Positions 62,236 through 64,000 of a stretch of 64,000 bases of DNA are shown in pieces. The stretch is from Octopus vulgaris. Its lineage: Eukaryota. The position numbers and the translations under genes are program-made. The stretch lies in contig OX597836.1 in assembly GCA_951406725.2 (NCBI GenBank), positions 29,884,001-29,948,000 on the forward strand, in the 5' to 3' direction. The number at the start of each line of letters is the position of its first letter. The stretch's first letter is position 1. Below the pieces are notes generated by a model, which was given only the letters and a program-made list of their open reading frames with translations, was not told the DNA's origin and did no database searches.

Positions 62236-62940
62236 GTTCAGCCTCACTGTGTGGCACCTTGGAGCAAATGTCTTCTACTATAGCCCCAGAGTGACCAGAG
62301 CTTTGAGAGTGAATTTGGTAGACGGAAACTGAAAGGCGCAGGAGTGGCTGTGTGGTAAGTAGCTTGTTTACCAACCACATGGTTCGGGTTCAGTCCCACT
62401 GCGTGGCATCTTGGGCAAGTGTCTTCTACTATAGCCTCGGGCCGACCAAAGCCTTGTGAGTGGATTTGTAGACGGAAACTGAAAGAAGCCCGTTGTATAT
62501 ATGTATATATATATATGTGTGTGTGTGTTTGTCCCCCTAGCATTGCTTGACAACCGATGCTGGTGTGTTTATGTCCCCGTACTAGCGGTTCGGCAAAAGA
62601 GACCGATAGAATAAGTACTGGTCTTACAAAGAATAAACCCCGGGGTTGAATTGCTCGATTAAAGGTGGTGCTCAGCATGGCCGCAGTCAAATGACTGAAA
62701 CAAGTAAAAGAGTAAAGAGTAAAGAGAGTATATATGTCTGTATATGTTTGTGTTTGTCTCCCATCCCAGTGTTGGTTTATTCATGCCCTTGTAACTTAGT
62801 GGTTTGGCAAAAGAGACCAATAGGAAAGAATAAGTACCAGGCTTAAAAAAAAAAAAGTACTGGGGTTCATTAGTTGAAGTAAACCTTTCAAGGCAGTGCC
62901 CCAGCATGGCCACAGTTCAATGATTGAAACAAATAAAAGA
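62236..62940 (+). mobile_element. Nested SINE A: a young copy (62335..62726) inserted into an older copy
   Basis: The older copy breaks at gacggaaactgaaa and resumes after the young copy's tail. Confidence 0.75.
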
Positions 62941-63901
62941 CTAAAGATAAAGATATAATTTGTTCCAGGATAGAAAAGTGCTTTGAATAATTTAGTTTCA
63001 TTAGTGTTGAAATTATCATTCTTCTCAACAAGCTCTAATTTTACCAATAAAACCACAGTTCTCACATGTGACAGTATGAATGGAGCACTGTGGCAACAAG
63101 CTAGATTTGTATTTTCATTTTCCCACATTTATTATTAGTTTATTTAACCTTGAGGACTCAAAGTCTTTTATAATACTGAAACATAATTTTCTCTTTAACC
63201 CTTTAGTGTTCGCATTATTCTGCCAAAATTAATCCTTTTTTATCCACATTGCCTTGAACTAATCAGGCATTATCTTGGTGCTATGAGATTCTAATGAGGT
63301 AGCTGTTAATTTTTAAAATGATATTGTAGGGTTGGTGTGAGAGACCAGATCTGTCCAGTTTGAACATAAAACAGGCAGAATACTTTTGGCCGGATATGGC
63401 CGGTTTAAATTACACTCCTGTGCTATTCTTTTAAAACATGTTATGGGTACACTTGAAATAAATAAATTCAGTCTCAGTTTAACAATGTAGCTTAAAATGG
63501 ATGTTTTAGAGCACTATCATAAAGTTAGCATATGTGTGTGAGTGAGAGAAAGGGAGAGAGAGTAGATGTGTGTGTGCGTGCATGTGATGATCTTCCATCT
63601 GCCTTCATCCAGTATGCATTATTCATTAACATGCAAGTGGCTGAGCACTCCACAGATACTTCCTTTCTTTCTTTTTCTTTTACTTGTTTCAGTCATTTGA
63701 CTGTGGCCATGCTGGAGCACCGCCTTTAGTCTAGCAAATCGACCCCGGGACTTATTCTTTGTAAGCCCAGTACTTATTCTATCAGTCTCTTTTGCCGAAC
63801 CGCTAAGTGACGGGTACGTAAGCACACCAGCATCAGTTGTCAAGTAATGCTAGGGGGACAAACACAGACACACAAACACATACACACACACATGCATATA
63901 T

Positions 63902-63950
<49 letters not shown>

Positions 63951-64000
63951 TACGACAGGCTTCTTTCAGTTTCTGTCTACCAAATCCACTCACAAGGCAT

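Overview
AT-rich, repeat-dense animal genomic DNA. The SINE, MITE and (TA)n/(AAT)n content resembles an octopus (coleoid cephalopod) genome; this is an inference from remembered repeat sequences, not a database match. The whole window lies inside one minus-strand gene, a ZO-1/Polychaetoid (TJP1-family) MAGUK. I reconstructed 19 GT-AG exons (62012 down to 3918; 2753 nt, about 917 codons, all junction phases consistent). They encode the end of PDZ2, a long low-complexity linker, PDZ3, SH3, the U5 loop, GuK, and U6 with a Pro/Ser/Tyr-rich region. The start codon, PDZ1 and the ZU5 C-terminus lie outside the window. Most ORF-track entries are repeat or microsatellite artefacts. The most interesting signals are: (i) a series of candidate phase-1 microexons (12, 3, 36/42 and 21 nt) hidden in the 21.8-kb U5 intron; (ii) a long inverted repeat bracketing the first PDZ3 exon; (iii) several near-perfect fold-back hairpins, some with hammerhead-ribozyme-like cores typical of Penelope-like elements, which could be ADAR substrates; (iv) a possible truncating alternative terminal exon or read-through before GuK. 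Introns also hold decayed mariner transposons, TTAA-flanked piggyBac-type MITEs, hAT MITEs with 8-bp TSDs, four SINE families and RTE and R4/Dong-like LINE ends.
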